Below are positions 42,837-51,765 of a stretch of 64,000 nt of DNA, piece after piece; within the stretch, counting starts at the first letter, position 1; the number at the start of each line of letters is the position of its first letter. Where the stretch lies: assembly GCA_964551905.1 (NCBI GenBank), contig CAZKEZ010000001.1, forward strand, positions 13,814 to 77,813, in the 5' to 3' direction. Under the pieces are notes generated by a model that saw only the letters and a list, made by a program, of their open reading frames with translations, did not search any database and had not been told where the DNA came from. The position numbers were made by a program, and so were the translations under genes. The DNA comes from an uncultured Nocardioides sp. (GTDB lineage Bacteria > Actinomycetota > Actinomycetes > Propionibacteriales > Nocardioidaceae).

Positions 42837-43333
42837 AGGAGCGGCCCGATCACCAGCGCGTCGTCGTACAGGTCCGCCTGCTCCGGCCACTGGACCATCA
42901 TCTGGTCCACGAACGGCCAGCAGAGCCGACCGGTGAGCGTGGCCGAGTCCACCCGGTCGTACACCTCGATGAACACGGTGCGGGCGCCGAACACCTTCCC
43001 GATGATGAAGAACGGCAGCGCCACCGCGGCACCGGTCGACACCACCACCGTCGGTCGGAAGTCGCGCACCACCCGCCAGGCCACCCCGGCGTTGCGGATC
43101 AGGTTGGGGATGTTGCGCGTCGTCGGGTGGTGCGCCCACCAGACGCGCTGCTCGTCCTCGAGGGCGAACAGCGCGTCGGGGGTGTCGAAGCTGACCCAGC
43201 CCCGGTCAAGGTCTCGCCACCAGTGCTCCAGCGCCAGGAGCTGCTTGAGGTGGCCGCCGCTGGAGCCGACCAGGAGCGGCCGGGCAGGCGAGGGCGTGCT
43301 GGTCCCCCGTCGCCTCCGCCATGCCACCGCCAC
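42833..43333 (-). CDS. PssD/Cps14F (Alg14-like) glycosyltransferase subunit
   Basis: GSSGGHLKQL, PTTRN, VSTGAAVA, FIEVYDR, VQW; N-terminus uncertain. Confidence 0.88.
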   Translation of the reverse strand: MAVAWRRRRGTSTPSPARPLLVGSSGGHLKQLLALEHWWRDLDRGWVSFDTPDALFALEDEQRVWWAHHPTTRNIPNLIRNAGVAWRVVRDFRPTVVVSTGAAVALPFFIIGKVFGARTVFIEVYDRVDSATLTGRLCWPFVDQMMVQWPEQADLYDDALVIGPLL

Positions 43334-43370
43334 ATGCTAGCGAGTGGGCAAGCGCCTTGACCGGCGAATC

Positions 43371-44885
43371 TCAGTACGCGCCCTTCGACTTCACTACCGC
43401 GCCGGCGGTCTTCGACCCGATGCCGAGGTCGTCGACCAGACGCCAGTTGTCGGTGTAGTGCAGGTCGAGCTCGATCGACTTCTCCCACGACAGGTTCGAG
43501 CGGCCGCTGACCTGCCACAGACCCGTCATTCCCGGGGGTACGGCGAGGCGCCGACGCTCGCGCGCGTCGTACTCGGCGACCTCCTCGGGAAGCGCGGGGC
43601 GGGGTCCGACCAGCGACATCTGGCCCTTCACCACGTTGATCAGCTGCGGCAGCTCGTCCAGTGACGAGCGGCGGAGGAAGCTCCCGACCCGAGTGATCCT
43701 GGGGTCGTCCTTGAGCTTGAACAGCAGCCCGGCTCCCTCGTTGTGCTCAGCGAGGCTGGCCTTGATCTGCTCGGCGTCCCGGCGCATCGTGCGCAGCTTG
43801 TACATCGTGAACTCGGCCCCGTCCTTGCCGACGCGGGTCTGCCGGAACAACCCGGGACCCCGGGAGTCCAGACGGATGGCGACCACCAGTGCCAGCAGCA
43901 GCGGGGTGGCCAGGGCCAGGAGCAGGGTGCCGACCACGCGGTCGAAGAGCGACTTCAGGCCGCGCACGAACGCCGAGGGTCGGGTCGACCCGACGTGGAT
44001 CAGGGTGGTGTCGGCGAACGACACCGCCTCGACCCGATGCGGGGCCACGTGGGCCAGCGGGGACAGCATGCTGATCGCGGCCGGCCCACCCTCCAGCTGC
44101 CAGCCGAGCTCCTGGACCCGCTCGTTGCTCACCCGCGGGCCCGGGACCACCACGACGACGTCCGCGTCCCGCTCGCCGATCCAGCCCGGCACGTCGGCCC
44201 CGTCCCTGACGAGCGGGGCACTGAGGATCGACTCCGCGCCGGCCGGGATCTCGGCGTGCTCCCCCACGACCACGCCGCCGACCACCTTGGCCCGACGATC
44301 GCCTGCGTACTGCGTGGCGGTCCGCACGATGTCAGGCGCGTCCCCCATGACCACCAGCCGGACCGGGCCAACGTAGCGCCGGCGTACGACCGACGCGACC
44401 GCGGCCGCCGAGGTGACCGCGACGACGACGACGCCGGAACCCTGCAGCAGGGCCGGGTCCGCTCCGAGGAAGCCCACGGCCACGGCCACAGCGGCGAACG
44501 GGATCGCGGTGTCGCGCAGCAGCCGCGTCAGCCGAGGCATCCCCGGCCGGATCGCCTCCACACCGGAGTAGTAGTGGACGATGAGGGTCAGCCCGATCAC
44601 CAGCGCCACGGCGACGAGCGGGAGGACCATCAACACCCCCGCCAGGACGCCGACCGCCACCGCGGCGACGATCTCCGCCACCAGCAGCACCGACCGCGGC
44701 ACCCGGGCCAGATCCACGTCCGAGGTGTGCGTCAGCGGCGCCACCCGGGCGTCGGACAGCGCCACCGCGTCGGACAGACCCACCAGGTCTGCGACATCGT
44801 TCAAACCAGGGGCCGGACGCGGGACTACCACGTCCGACCTCCGCTGAGCCGGAACCATCAGGTCCGGCTCGGAAGCCTTTTCCAT
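43371..44885 (-). CDS. Priming polyprenyl-phosphate sugar phosphotransferase (WcaJ/CpsE-like)
   Basis: KLRTM, DPRITRVG, SLDELPQL, MSLVGPRP, PGMTGLWQVSGR. Confidence 0.93.
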   Translation of the reverse strand: MEKASEPDLMVPAQRRSDVVVPRPAPGLNDVADLVGLSDAVALSDARVAPLTHTSDVDLARVPRSVLLVAEIVAAVAVGVLAGVLMVLPLVAVALVIGLTLIVHYYSGVEAIRPGMPRLTRLLRDTAIPFAAVAVAVGFLGADPALLQGSGVVVVAVTSAAAVASVVRRRYVGPVRLVVMGDAPDIVRTATQYAGDRRAKVVGGVVVGEHAEIPAGAESILSAPLVRDGADVPGWIGERDADVVVVVPGPRVSNERVQELGWQLEGGPAAISMLSPLAHVAPHRVEAVSFADTTLIHVGSTRPSAFVRGLKSLFDRVVGTLLLALATPLLLALVVAIRLDSRGPGLFRQTRVGKDGAEFTMYKLRTMRRDAEQIKASLAEHNEGAGLLFKLKDDPRITRVGSFLRRSSLDELPQLINVVKGQMSLVGPRPALPEEVAEYDARERRRLAVPPGMTGLWQVSGRSNLSWEKSIELDLHYTDNWRLVDDLGIGSKTAGAVVKSKGAY

Positions 44886-45260
44886 CGTTGCCTTACCCCC
44901 ATGTAAAGCGCCCTCACCGAGGAGGGACTTGAAGCCCGAGACGTCAGAACGCGTCCCGTGGGACGCCTGCTCAAGAAGGAGCGACGTATCGGACTACGAG
45001 TACCTGCCTCTCACGGAGGCTGGGCAAGGCGGAGAGTGTTCGAGCACTCTCAAGGCAACGGCGCAGATGAAGACAACGGCACCCACAACACCAACGGTCA
45101 AGACGACCACCCCCACGTCCCTCCGAGGCCCCCATGCCTCGCGGTAACTCCATCCTCTGCACCCCGCCAAACCATGTCAAGCCACGATTTCAGCGGACTA
45201 GCCAGGACATCCCCATCACGGGGGATTTTACCCTCGCGTCGCTGGGCGTCGACCGGGGGG

Positions 45261-45869
45261 TCAGCGGTTGAAGATCTGCTGGGTGCGGTCCAGCCCCTCG
45301 GCCACCAGCGACTCCACGGCGTCGGCGGCCTCGACCACCGAGAGCGGCACCTCCTTGCGCTCCGCAGCGGTGAAGTCCGACAGCACGAAGTCGGCCACCT
45401 GCTGCCGCCCCGGTGGCCGACCGACCCCGACTCGAACCCTCAGAAAGTCGCCCGTGCCGAGGGCCGCGCGCAAGGACCGGAGCCCGTTGTGGCCGTTATC
45501 CCCGCCCCCGAGCTTGACGCGCAGCCCTCCGAAGGGCAGGTCGATCTCGTCATGGACCACGATCAACCGCTCCGGAGACACCTTGTAGAAGGCGAGCAGC
45601 GCCGAGACCGGGCCGCCGCTCTGGTTCATGTAGCAGCGCGGCCGCCCCAGCACCACCCGGGGCGCCGGGGCTCCGGGGGGCGCCAGGCGGCCTTCGACGA
45701 CGTCCGCCCGACCGGTCTTGTGCGCGCGGAACTTGGCGCCCATCCGATCGGCCAGCACGTCGGCCACCTGGTAGCCGACGTTGTGCCGGTGACCGGCGTA
45801 CGACGGTCCGGGGTTGCCCAGCCCGACCACCAGCCAGACGGCACCCGCACCCTGCGAGGGAGTCGTCAT
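45261..45869 (-). CDS. pth: Peptidyl-tRNA hydrolase
   Basis: VGLGNPG, RHNVG, YMNQSG, HDE, GHNGLRS. Confidence 0.96.
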   Translation of the reverse strand: MTTPSQGAGAVWLVVGLGNPGPSYAGHRHNVGYQVADVLADRMGAKFRAHKTGRADVVEGRLAPPGAPAPRVVLGRPRCYMNQSGGPVSALLAFYKVSPERLIVVHDEIDLPFGGLRVKLGGGDNGHNGLRSLRAALGTGDFLRVRVGVGRPPGRQQVADFVLSDFTAAERKEVPLSVVEAADAVESLVAEGLDRTQQIFNR

Positions 45870-45916
45870 CGCACGCTGCTCCGACCGGCCCAGGAGCTGC
45901 CTGAGCCGGGCGCGGA

Positions 45917-46564
45917 TCACTCGGAGTCGCCCGGCTCCGCGTCGGCCGCGGGCGCCTCGACGGCCGCCTCGGCCTCCTCGCCCTCGACCTCTTCGCCCTC
46001 GGCGACCTCGGCCGGCTCCTCGGTGGGCGCGTTGGTCACGTTGACGACCAGCATTTCGCCGTCCGCGAGCAGCGTGGTGCCCGAGGGCAGCACGAGGTCG
46101 GAGGCGTGGATCTGGGTGCCGACCTCGGCGCCGTTGATGTCGACCTCGATGAACTCGGGGATGTGTGTGGCCTCGGCCTCCAGCTGGATCGTGGCCTGCT
46201 CGGTCACCACGAGCGAGTCACGGACGGCCTCGCCGACCAGGTGGATGGGCACGTCCACGGTGACCTTCTCGCCCTTCTTCACCGAGACGAAGTCGATGTG
46301 CTCGATCAGCCGGCGGATCGGGTCGATCTGCACCGCCTTGGTGAGGGCCAGCTGAGTCCCGCCGTCGATCTCGAGCTCCAGGAGCGCGTTCGCGCCGCCG
46401 TGCTTGAGCGCCAGCATCGTGTCGTGGCCCGGCAGGGTCAGGTGGATCGGGTCGTTGCCGTGGCCGTACACAACGGCGGGGATCTTGTCCTCGCGGCGGA
46501 TCCGGCGGGCGGCGCCCTTGCCGAACTCGGTACGCAGGTCGGCGGTGATCTTCTCGGCGGCCAT
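45917..46564 (-). CDS. rplY: 50S ribosomal protein bL25/Ctc
   Basis: [21 protein letters not shown], acidic tail. Confidence 0.96.
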   Translation of the reverse strand: MAAEKITADLRTEFGKGAARRIRREDKIPAVVYGHGNDPIHLTLPGHDTMLALKHGGANALLELEIDGGTQLALTKAVQIDPIRRLIEHIDFVSVKKGEKVTVDVPIHLVGEAVRDSLVVTEQATIQLEAEATHIPEFIEVDINGAEVGTQIHASDLVLPSGTTLLADGEMLVVNVTNAPTEEPAEVAEGEEVEGEEAEAAVEAPAADAEPGDSE

Positions 46565-46664
46565 GCTCATCTCCGTCAGGGTGGTCGGTGCGAAGTCGGT
46601 GGCTGCCCCGCGCGGGTCCCGACACGACGAACGCCGCGACCGAGATGGCGGGCGCGGCGGGTGC

Positions 46665-46732
46665 TGGCCTGCCCTGTCGATCACGGAGCTCCCGTTCGGG
46701 GCTCCCTCGCCGAGGCAACCAGAGGAGCCTAC
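46665..46732 (-). promoter_or_regulatory. Candidate rplY promoter (-10 TAGGCT) and structured 5' leader
   Basis: TAGGCT at 46732-46727; leader hairpin GGAGCCCCGAACGGGAGCTCC flanked by CTCGGCGAG and GTGATCGAC. Confidence 0.5.
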
Positions 46733-46740
46733 CCGGTGGT

Positions 46741-46870
46741 CGCCGTACCCCCCAACTCCCGCGCGACCCCTCACTCCCGCCGTACCCCCCAACTCCCGCG
46801 GGGTTACCGTCGCCAAATGGGGCAGTGAGGGTCGCGAAAGCGACCACAACCCCGCGGTAGTTGGGGGGTG
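46741..46870. repeat. Inverted-repeat element (family B) with a 23-bp direct duplication
   Basis: cgccgtaccccccaactcccgcg at 46741 and 46778; arms ccccccaactcccgcggggtt / aaccccgcggtagttgggggg. Confidence 0.7.
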
Positions 46871-46886
46871 AGGGCAGTCGGTGGGG

Positions 46887-47867
46887 TCAGGCCTGCCCGT
46901 CGAACATCGAGGTCACCGAGCCGTCCTGGAAGACCTCCTGGATCGCTCGCGAGAGCAGCGGCGCGATCGAGAGGCAGGTGAGCTTGTCGAACCGCTTGTC
47001 GTCGCCGATCGGGAGGGTGTTGGTCACCACCACCTCGGTGGCGGGGCAGTTCTTCAACAGGTCCACGGCCGGCTCGGACAGGATCGGGTGGGTGGCGGCG
47101 ATGACCACGCCGGCGGCACCGTCGGCCATGATCGCCTCGGCCGCCTTCACCACCGTGCCGCCGGTGTCGATCATGTCGTCGACGAGTACGCACACGCGGC
47201 CCCGGACGTCTCCCACCACCCGGTTGGCGACCGTCTCGTTGGGACGGTCGGTACGGCGGGTCTTGTGGATGAAGGCCAGCGGGACCCCGCCGAGCCGCGC
47301 CGACCAACGCTCCGCGACCTTGATCCGACCCGCGTCCGGCGACACCACGGCCAGCCGCTGGTCGCCGTACTTGGCCAGCACGTGCTCGCTGAGGATCGGC
47401 AACGCCATGAGGTGGTCGACCGGCCCGTTGAAGAAGCCCTGGATCTGGTCGGCGTGCAGGTCGACGCAGATCAGCCGGTTGGCGCCGGCGGTCTTGAACA
47501 GGTCGGCCATCAGCCGGGCCGAGATCGGCTCCCGTCCGCGGTGCTTCTTGTCCTGACGCGCGTAGCCATAGAACGGCATCACGACGGTGATCCGCTTGGC
47601 CGAGGCGCGCTTCAGTGCGTCGACCATGATCAGGTGCTCGACGATCCACTCGTTGACTGGCGCCGTGTGGCTCTGGATGACGAACGCGTCGCAGCCGCGC
47701 ACCGACTCCTCATAGCGGATGTAGGTCTCGGAGTTGGCGAACTGGTAGGCCTCCGTCGGAACCAGGTCCGACCCCAGCGTCGCCGAGACCTCGAGCGCCA
47801 GCTCCGGGTGCGCCCGGCCACTGAACAGCATCAGGTGCTTCTTGGTGGTCTTCTTCATTCCGCTCAC
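46887..47867 (-). CDS. prs: Ribose-phosphate pyrophosphokinase
   Basis: YGYARQDKK, DLHADQIQGFF, VSPDAG, VDDMIDTGGT. Confidence 0.98.
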   Translation of the reverse strand: MSGMKKTTKKHLMLFSGRAHPELALEVSATLGSDLVPTEAYQFANSETYIRYEESVRGCDAFVIQSHTAPVNEWIVEHLIMVDALKRASAKRITVVMPFYGYARQDKKHRGREPISARLMADLFKTAGANRLICVDLHADQIQGFFNGPVDHLMALPILSEHVLAKYGDQRLAVVSPDAGRIKVAERWSARLGGVPLAFIHKTRRTDRPNETVANRVVGDVRGRVCVLVDDMIDTGGTVVKAAEAIMADGAAGVVIAATHPILSEPAVDLLKNCPATEVVVTNTLPIGDDKRFDKLTCLSIAPLLSRAIQEVFQDGSVTSMFDGQA

Positions 47868-47949
47868 GCGATGGGCTCCTCGGTCGGCCGGCCTGTGCGG
47901 TCTCTTGATTGTCCCTCACCGAGCCCGACGGACAACACCTCGGTGCGGT

Positions 47950-49374
47950 TCAGTCCACGGCCGCCGCGGCGTCCGCGGCGTCGGCCTGCGCGGTTCCCGC
48001 TCGCTTGCGCTGCGTCCAGCCCTCCAGGTTGCGCTGCGGGCCGCTCGACACAGCGAGGGCTCCGGGCGGCACGTCTCGGCGGATCACCGACCCGGCGCCG
48101 GTAGCCGCGCCGTCCCCGATGTGCACCGGGGCGACGAAGGTGTTGTTCGACGCCGTGCGGGCGTGCCGACCCACGGTGGTGCGGTGCTTGGTGAGGCCGT
48201 CGAAGTTGGCGAACACCGTCCCGGCGCCGATGTTGGTGCCCTCGCCGATGTCGGCGTCACCCACGTAGGAGAGGTGCGGCACCTTCGCGCCCTCGCCGAT
48301 CTGCGCGTTCTTGGTCTCGACGAAGGCGCCGACCTTGCCCGCCGTACCGATGGTGGTGCCCGGACGGAGGTAGGAGAAGGGCCCGACGTTCGCCCGCTCC
48401 CCCACCACGGCCAGCTCGGCGTGGGTGCGCACGACCCGCGCCCCGGCGCCCACCTCGCAGTCCTTGAGCGAGCAGTCCGGGCCGATCACCGCGTCCTCCG
48501 CCACGACGGTGGCGCCGAGCAGCTGGATCCCCGGGAGCAGGGTCACGTCGGGGGCGAGTACGACGTCCGCATCGATCCACGTGGTGGCGGGATCCATCAC
48601 CGTGACCCCGTCGCGCATCCAGCGGTTGACGATCCGGGAGTTCAGCTCCCGACCCAGTTCGGCGAGCTGGGCCCGGTCGTTGGCCCCATAGGTCTGCTTC
48701 ACGTCGCCGATGACGTGCGCCCCGACGGCGAGCCCGCTCTCCCGGGCCAGACCGACCAGGTCGGTGAGGTAGAACTCGCCCTTGGCGTTGTCGTTGCTGA
48801 TCCGCGGCAGCGCCTCGCGAAGGAAGTCGGCGTCCGCGGCCAGGATCCCGCTGTTGATCTCGTGCAGCTCGCGCTGCTCCGGGGTGGCGTCCTTCTCCTC
48901 CACGATGGCCACCACATCGCCCTCGGCGGTGCGGACGATGCGGCCGTAGCCGAACGGGTCGTCGACGACCCCGGTCAGGATGCTGACCGCGCGCTCGGCC
49001 GCCTCGTGCTCCGCGATGAACGCACGCAGGCTCTCGCCCTCCAGCAGCGGGGTGTCGCCGTACGCGACCAGCACCGCTCCTTCCACCTGGTCCAGCGCCT
49101 CCATCGCCACCCGGACCGCACCACCCGTGCCGTCGAGCCGCTCCTGCACCGCGAAGACGCAGTCGGGGACGTACTCGAGGACGCGGGCGACGACCTCCTC
49201 GCGCTGCGAGCCGACCACCACGACCACCCGCTCCGGCTCGACCGACCGGACGGCGGTAAGGACGTGACCGATCATGCTGCGGCCGCCCACCTGGTGGAGC
49301 ACCTTCATCGTCTTGGACTTCATCCGGGTGCCCTCGCCGGCGGCGAGGACGACGACCGTGAGGTTGCGCGCCAT
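47950..49374 (-). CDS. glmU: Bifunctional GlmU
   Basis: LAAGEGTRMKS, GEFYLTD, hexapeptide repeats, HLSYVGDA. Confidence 0.98.
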   Translation of the reverse strand: MARNLTVVVLAAGEGTRMKSKTMKVLHQVGGRSMIGHVLTAVRSVEPERVVVVVGSQREEVVARVLEYVPDCVFAVQERLDGTGGAVRVAMEALDQVEGAVLVAYGDTPLLEGESLRAFIAEHEAAERAVSILTGVVDDPFGYGRIVRTAEGDVVAIVEEKDATPEQRELHEINSGILAADADFLREALPRISNDNAKGEFYLTDLVGLARESGLAVGAHVIGDVKQTYGANDRAQLAELGRELNSRIVNRWMRDGVTVMDPATTWIDADVVLAPDVTLLPGIQLLGATVVAEDAVIGPDCSLKDCEVGAGARVVRTHAELAVVGERANVGPFSYLRPGTTIGTAGKVGAFVETKNAQIGEGAKVPHLSYVGDADIGEGTNIGAGTVFANFDGLTKHRTTVGRHARTASNNTFVAPVHIGDGAATGAGSVIRRDVPPGALAVSSGPQRNLEGWTQRKRAGTAQADAADAAAAVD

Positions 49375-49395
49375 GCTGTCTCCAGTCCTTCGAGC

Positions 49396-49445
49396 TGCTC
49401 CCCGGGTAGGAGTCGAACCTACGTCGCTAATCCTGATTCAAAGTC
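49396..49445. repeat. att direct repeat, left copy (displaced 3' half of tRNA-Gln)
   Basis: 49/50 identical to 61473-61522; mismatch A49430 vs G61507. Confidence 0.97.
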
Positions 49446-49548
49446 GCCACATAGTGACCGACCTTGACCAGTCTCGCCCGTTCCTCCGGCGGGGATTACC
49501 TCTGTCGGCCGACCCTATCCGTTCTCATCCGAGGTCATCTGCCGCCCT

Positions 49549-49569
49549 TTGTGACCAGCGTTGTGACCA
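49549..49569. repeat. Tandem TTGTGACCA, putative integrase arm-type sites (left)
   Basis: Copies at 49549 and 49561; same pair at 61373 and 61386. Confidence 0.75.
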
Positions 49570-49602
49570 AGCACGGTCGCCGACTGTGCGAGCATCCGAA
49601 GC

Positions 49603-50538
49603 GTGAAGCCCGAGGACCTCCCAGCGTACTCAGACCTGATTCTGCCGACTGTGCGTGCCGTGACGACGCTTGGCGGGTCGGCCACCGCGCGCGAGATTAC
49701 GAGCCAGGTCGTGGCGGACCTTGCGCCCACAGACGAGATGCTTGCTGTTGCCCACCCCCACCGCCCCGACGACTCCGTTCTCATGGAGCGGGTCCAGTGG
49801 GCGCGCTCTTACGCCAAGTTGATCGGTGCCCTTGAGAGCCCCAAGCGCGGCGTCTTCCTCGTGACGCCGCTAGGCAAGGAGTTGATCGGACTCCCGCCAG
49901 ACGAGGGCCAACGGCGAACGCTGGAACTCGATCGCGAGTATCGGCGCAACAGGCCGAGGCGAGCCAAGGAGCGCCGCGCGGAGCCTGTTCCCGCTGATCC
50001 CGAGCAGGCGGAGGCGGAGGCTGCCGAGGCCGAGGAAGAGGAGACTCTCTTCGGTACGGCCCCAGCCACTTCCTCGGCAGAACGGTGGCAAGACGTTCTC
50101 CTCGCTCGTCTCCACCGCCTCAGCCCTGACGCATTCGAGGAGTTCGTCCTCTACCTGTTGAGGCTCTATGGGCTGGAACTAGAGCGCGTTGGCGGCTCTG
50201 GGGACGAGGGGATCGACGGTATCGGCACCGCGCCGATTAGCCCGGTGCTCTCGTCGCGCGTCGCCGTACAGGTCAAGCGTTTCGACCCCAACGGGAAGTC
50301 CGTCGGCCGGGAGGTGGTCGCGCTCTTCCAACGCGATGCCCAGACCAAGGGCGCAGAGCGGGCAATCCTCGTCACGCTGGGGAAGTTCTCTGAGCCCGCC
50401 CGGAGGGCTGCCATCGTCACGTCCCCGACCGTGGACCTGATCGACGGTGAGCGGCTTGCAGACCTCGTACGAGAGCAGAGGCTCGGGGTTCGAACCGTCA
50501 CGAGGGTTGACCCCGATTGGTTTGACCGATTCGACTGA
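49603..50538 (+). CDS. mrr: Mrr-family (type IV-like) restriction endonuclease
   Basis: Mrr_N (P-YSDLILP, RVQWARSY, SPKRG), acidic linker, LSPDAFEE, GSGDEGIDG, VQVKR, LIDGERL. Confidence 0.9.
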   Translation: MKPEDLPAYSDLILPTVRAVTTLGGSATAREITSQVVADLAPTDEMLAVAHPHRPDDSVLMERVQWARSYAKLIGALESPKRGVFLVTPLGKELIGLPPDEGQRRTLELDREYRRNRPRRAKERRAEPVPADPEQAEAEAAEAEEEETLFGTAPATSSAERWQDVLLARLHRLSPDAFEEFVLYLLRLYGLELERVGGSGDEGIDGIGTAPISPVLSSRVAVQVKRFDPNGKSVGREVVALFQRDAQTKGAERAILVTLGKFSEPARRAAIVTSPTVDLIDGERLADLVREQRLGVRTVTRVDPDWFDRFD

Positions 50539-50555
50539 CCCGGCGCGCCACGGCC

Positions 50556-51518
50556 TCACATCGGCAGGGCTTGGAGAGCCTGCGCGGGAGGCGGCGGACC
50601 GACCTGCATCATCGCCGCGTGCTGGACGAAACGTCGCCCGAGGTGGTTCTCAATGATCTTTCCGGCAGACCCCGAGAACGTATGTGTGTAGGCGTGATGC
50701 ACGCTGAGCACGGCATCCTGCAGGTCTTGGTCATCTTCCAGCGCCACAACTGCAACGCCCTGCGCGGACAGGTCCTCACGGGTCAGGGCGCGACTGTGGG
50801 ACAGGTGCTTGGAGTCGTCGGCAAGCCAGTCCGCGACCCGCTCTGCTGCTTCATGGGCATCGTCACGACCAGCGAACATGTAACTCTCAAGCCACTCGGC
50901 AACGAGGGTCTTGGAGAGTGTCGCCGCGTTCTCGCACACGTTGAGCAAGCCGGGCGGATACTGCTGAAGGGTTGGCATCCAAGCGGTAATCCGCTTGGGA
51001 TCGTTGGCGCATTGCTCCGACGCCTCTCGGAACTGAGCGATGAGGGCACCCGCAGGCATCGGCATGCCGGTAGTCGGCAGTGTGATCTGCGGATCAATCG
51101 GCCCCAACTGGGAGTGCTTCCCAAGCACGATCTCGTCTGCCGCCATCGACCACATGGTGGCCGCAGACATCGCCGCAAGCGGCACGATCACTCGCACGTG
51201 GTCAAACTTGGAGCGCATGTAGCGCACCAATCGGTCGGTCGCTTCTGCCTGTCCGCCCGGGCTGTGCAGAATCAGATCAAGATTCGGCCCCGGCAAGTCT
51301 TTGAACACCTCCATCAAGCCGACCATGTCGCCGAGTTGCACCTGAGTGACCGGGCCGCCCTTGTTCAAGAAGTCGGCGGCGTACACGACGACGCTCCGAC
51401 CCGTGAGGGAGTTCAGCGTTTGAAGGCGCTCAGTCCGCAGAGCATCGAGGTCGACGTTCCCGCCGTTGGCCTGCGCCTTCTCCTGAATCTCCCCCAGGGT
51501 TTCCCCCCAAGTCGGCAC
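50556..51518 (-). CDS. SDH-family ClpP-fold serine protease
   Basis: LDLILHSPGG, AMSAAT (Ser), LGPIDPQ (Asp), SHSR (His). Confidence 0.88.
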   Translation of the reverse strand: MPTWGETLGEIQEKAQANGGNVDLDALRTERLQTLNSLTGRSVVVYAADFLNKGGPVTQVQLGDMVGLMEVFKDLPGPNLDLILHSPGGQAEATDRLVRYMRSKFDHVRVIVPLAAMSAATMWSMAADEIVLGKHSQLGPIDPQITLPTTGMPMPAGALIAQFREASEQCANDPKRITAWMPTLQQYPPGLLNVCENAATLSKTLVAEWLESYMFAGRDDAHEAAERVADWLADDSKHLSHSRALTREDLSAQGVAVVALEDDQDLQDAVLSVHHAYTHTFSGSAGKIIENHLGRRFVQHAAMMQVGPPPPAQALQALPM

Positions 51519-51691
51519 TAGTTGGCGCTCGTGCTGAAACCGGCGAACTGGGACTGAACGACCGGAGGCACGGGAACGACCTGCATCGCGGCGTGAACAA
51601 GTCTCGCGGACTCGGCGACGTGTGCGTCAGCCATGGCAGTCGCCAGCAGGCCTCGCATCTGCTCGTCGGGAGACTTCACACTGTCCGCCAT
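51518..51691 (-). CDS. 57-aa peptide translationally coupled to the protease (absent from ORF track)
   Basis: SD GAGGGG; MADSVKSPDEQMRGLLATAMADAHVAESARLVHAAMQVVPVPPVVQSQFAGFSTSAN; TAG shares a base with the protease GTG. Confidence 0.65.
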   Translation of the reverse strand: MADSVKSPDEQMRGLLATAMADAHVAESARLVHAAMQVVPVPPVVQSQFAGFSTSAN

Positions 51692-51765
51692 CTCTGCCCC
51701 TCGCTATTAGTCCGTTCCGGGATCGTAGCGCGTCCGGACGATCGGCAACTCGGAACGCGTGGTAC

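Noticed and set aside
43270-43333. Frameshift at the 5' end of the pssD-like gene (out-of-frame ATG at 43322)
   Set aside because: An in-frame GTG start exists and the conserved domain is intact; cannot be resolved without homologs
46741-46870. CRISPR array
   Set aside because: Only two 23-bp repeats with a 14-nt gap, no cas genes; better explained as a palindromic repeat duplication
50556-51518. Protease as a phage prohead maturation protease
   Set aside because: SDH-type motifs, different codon style, a 75-bp gap before its peptide gene and no adjacent capsid or portal gene point to cargo; not formally excluded
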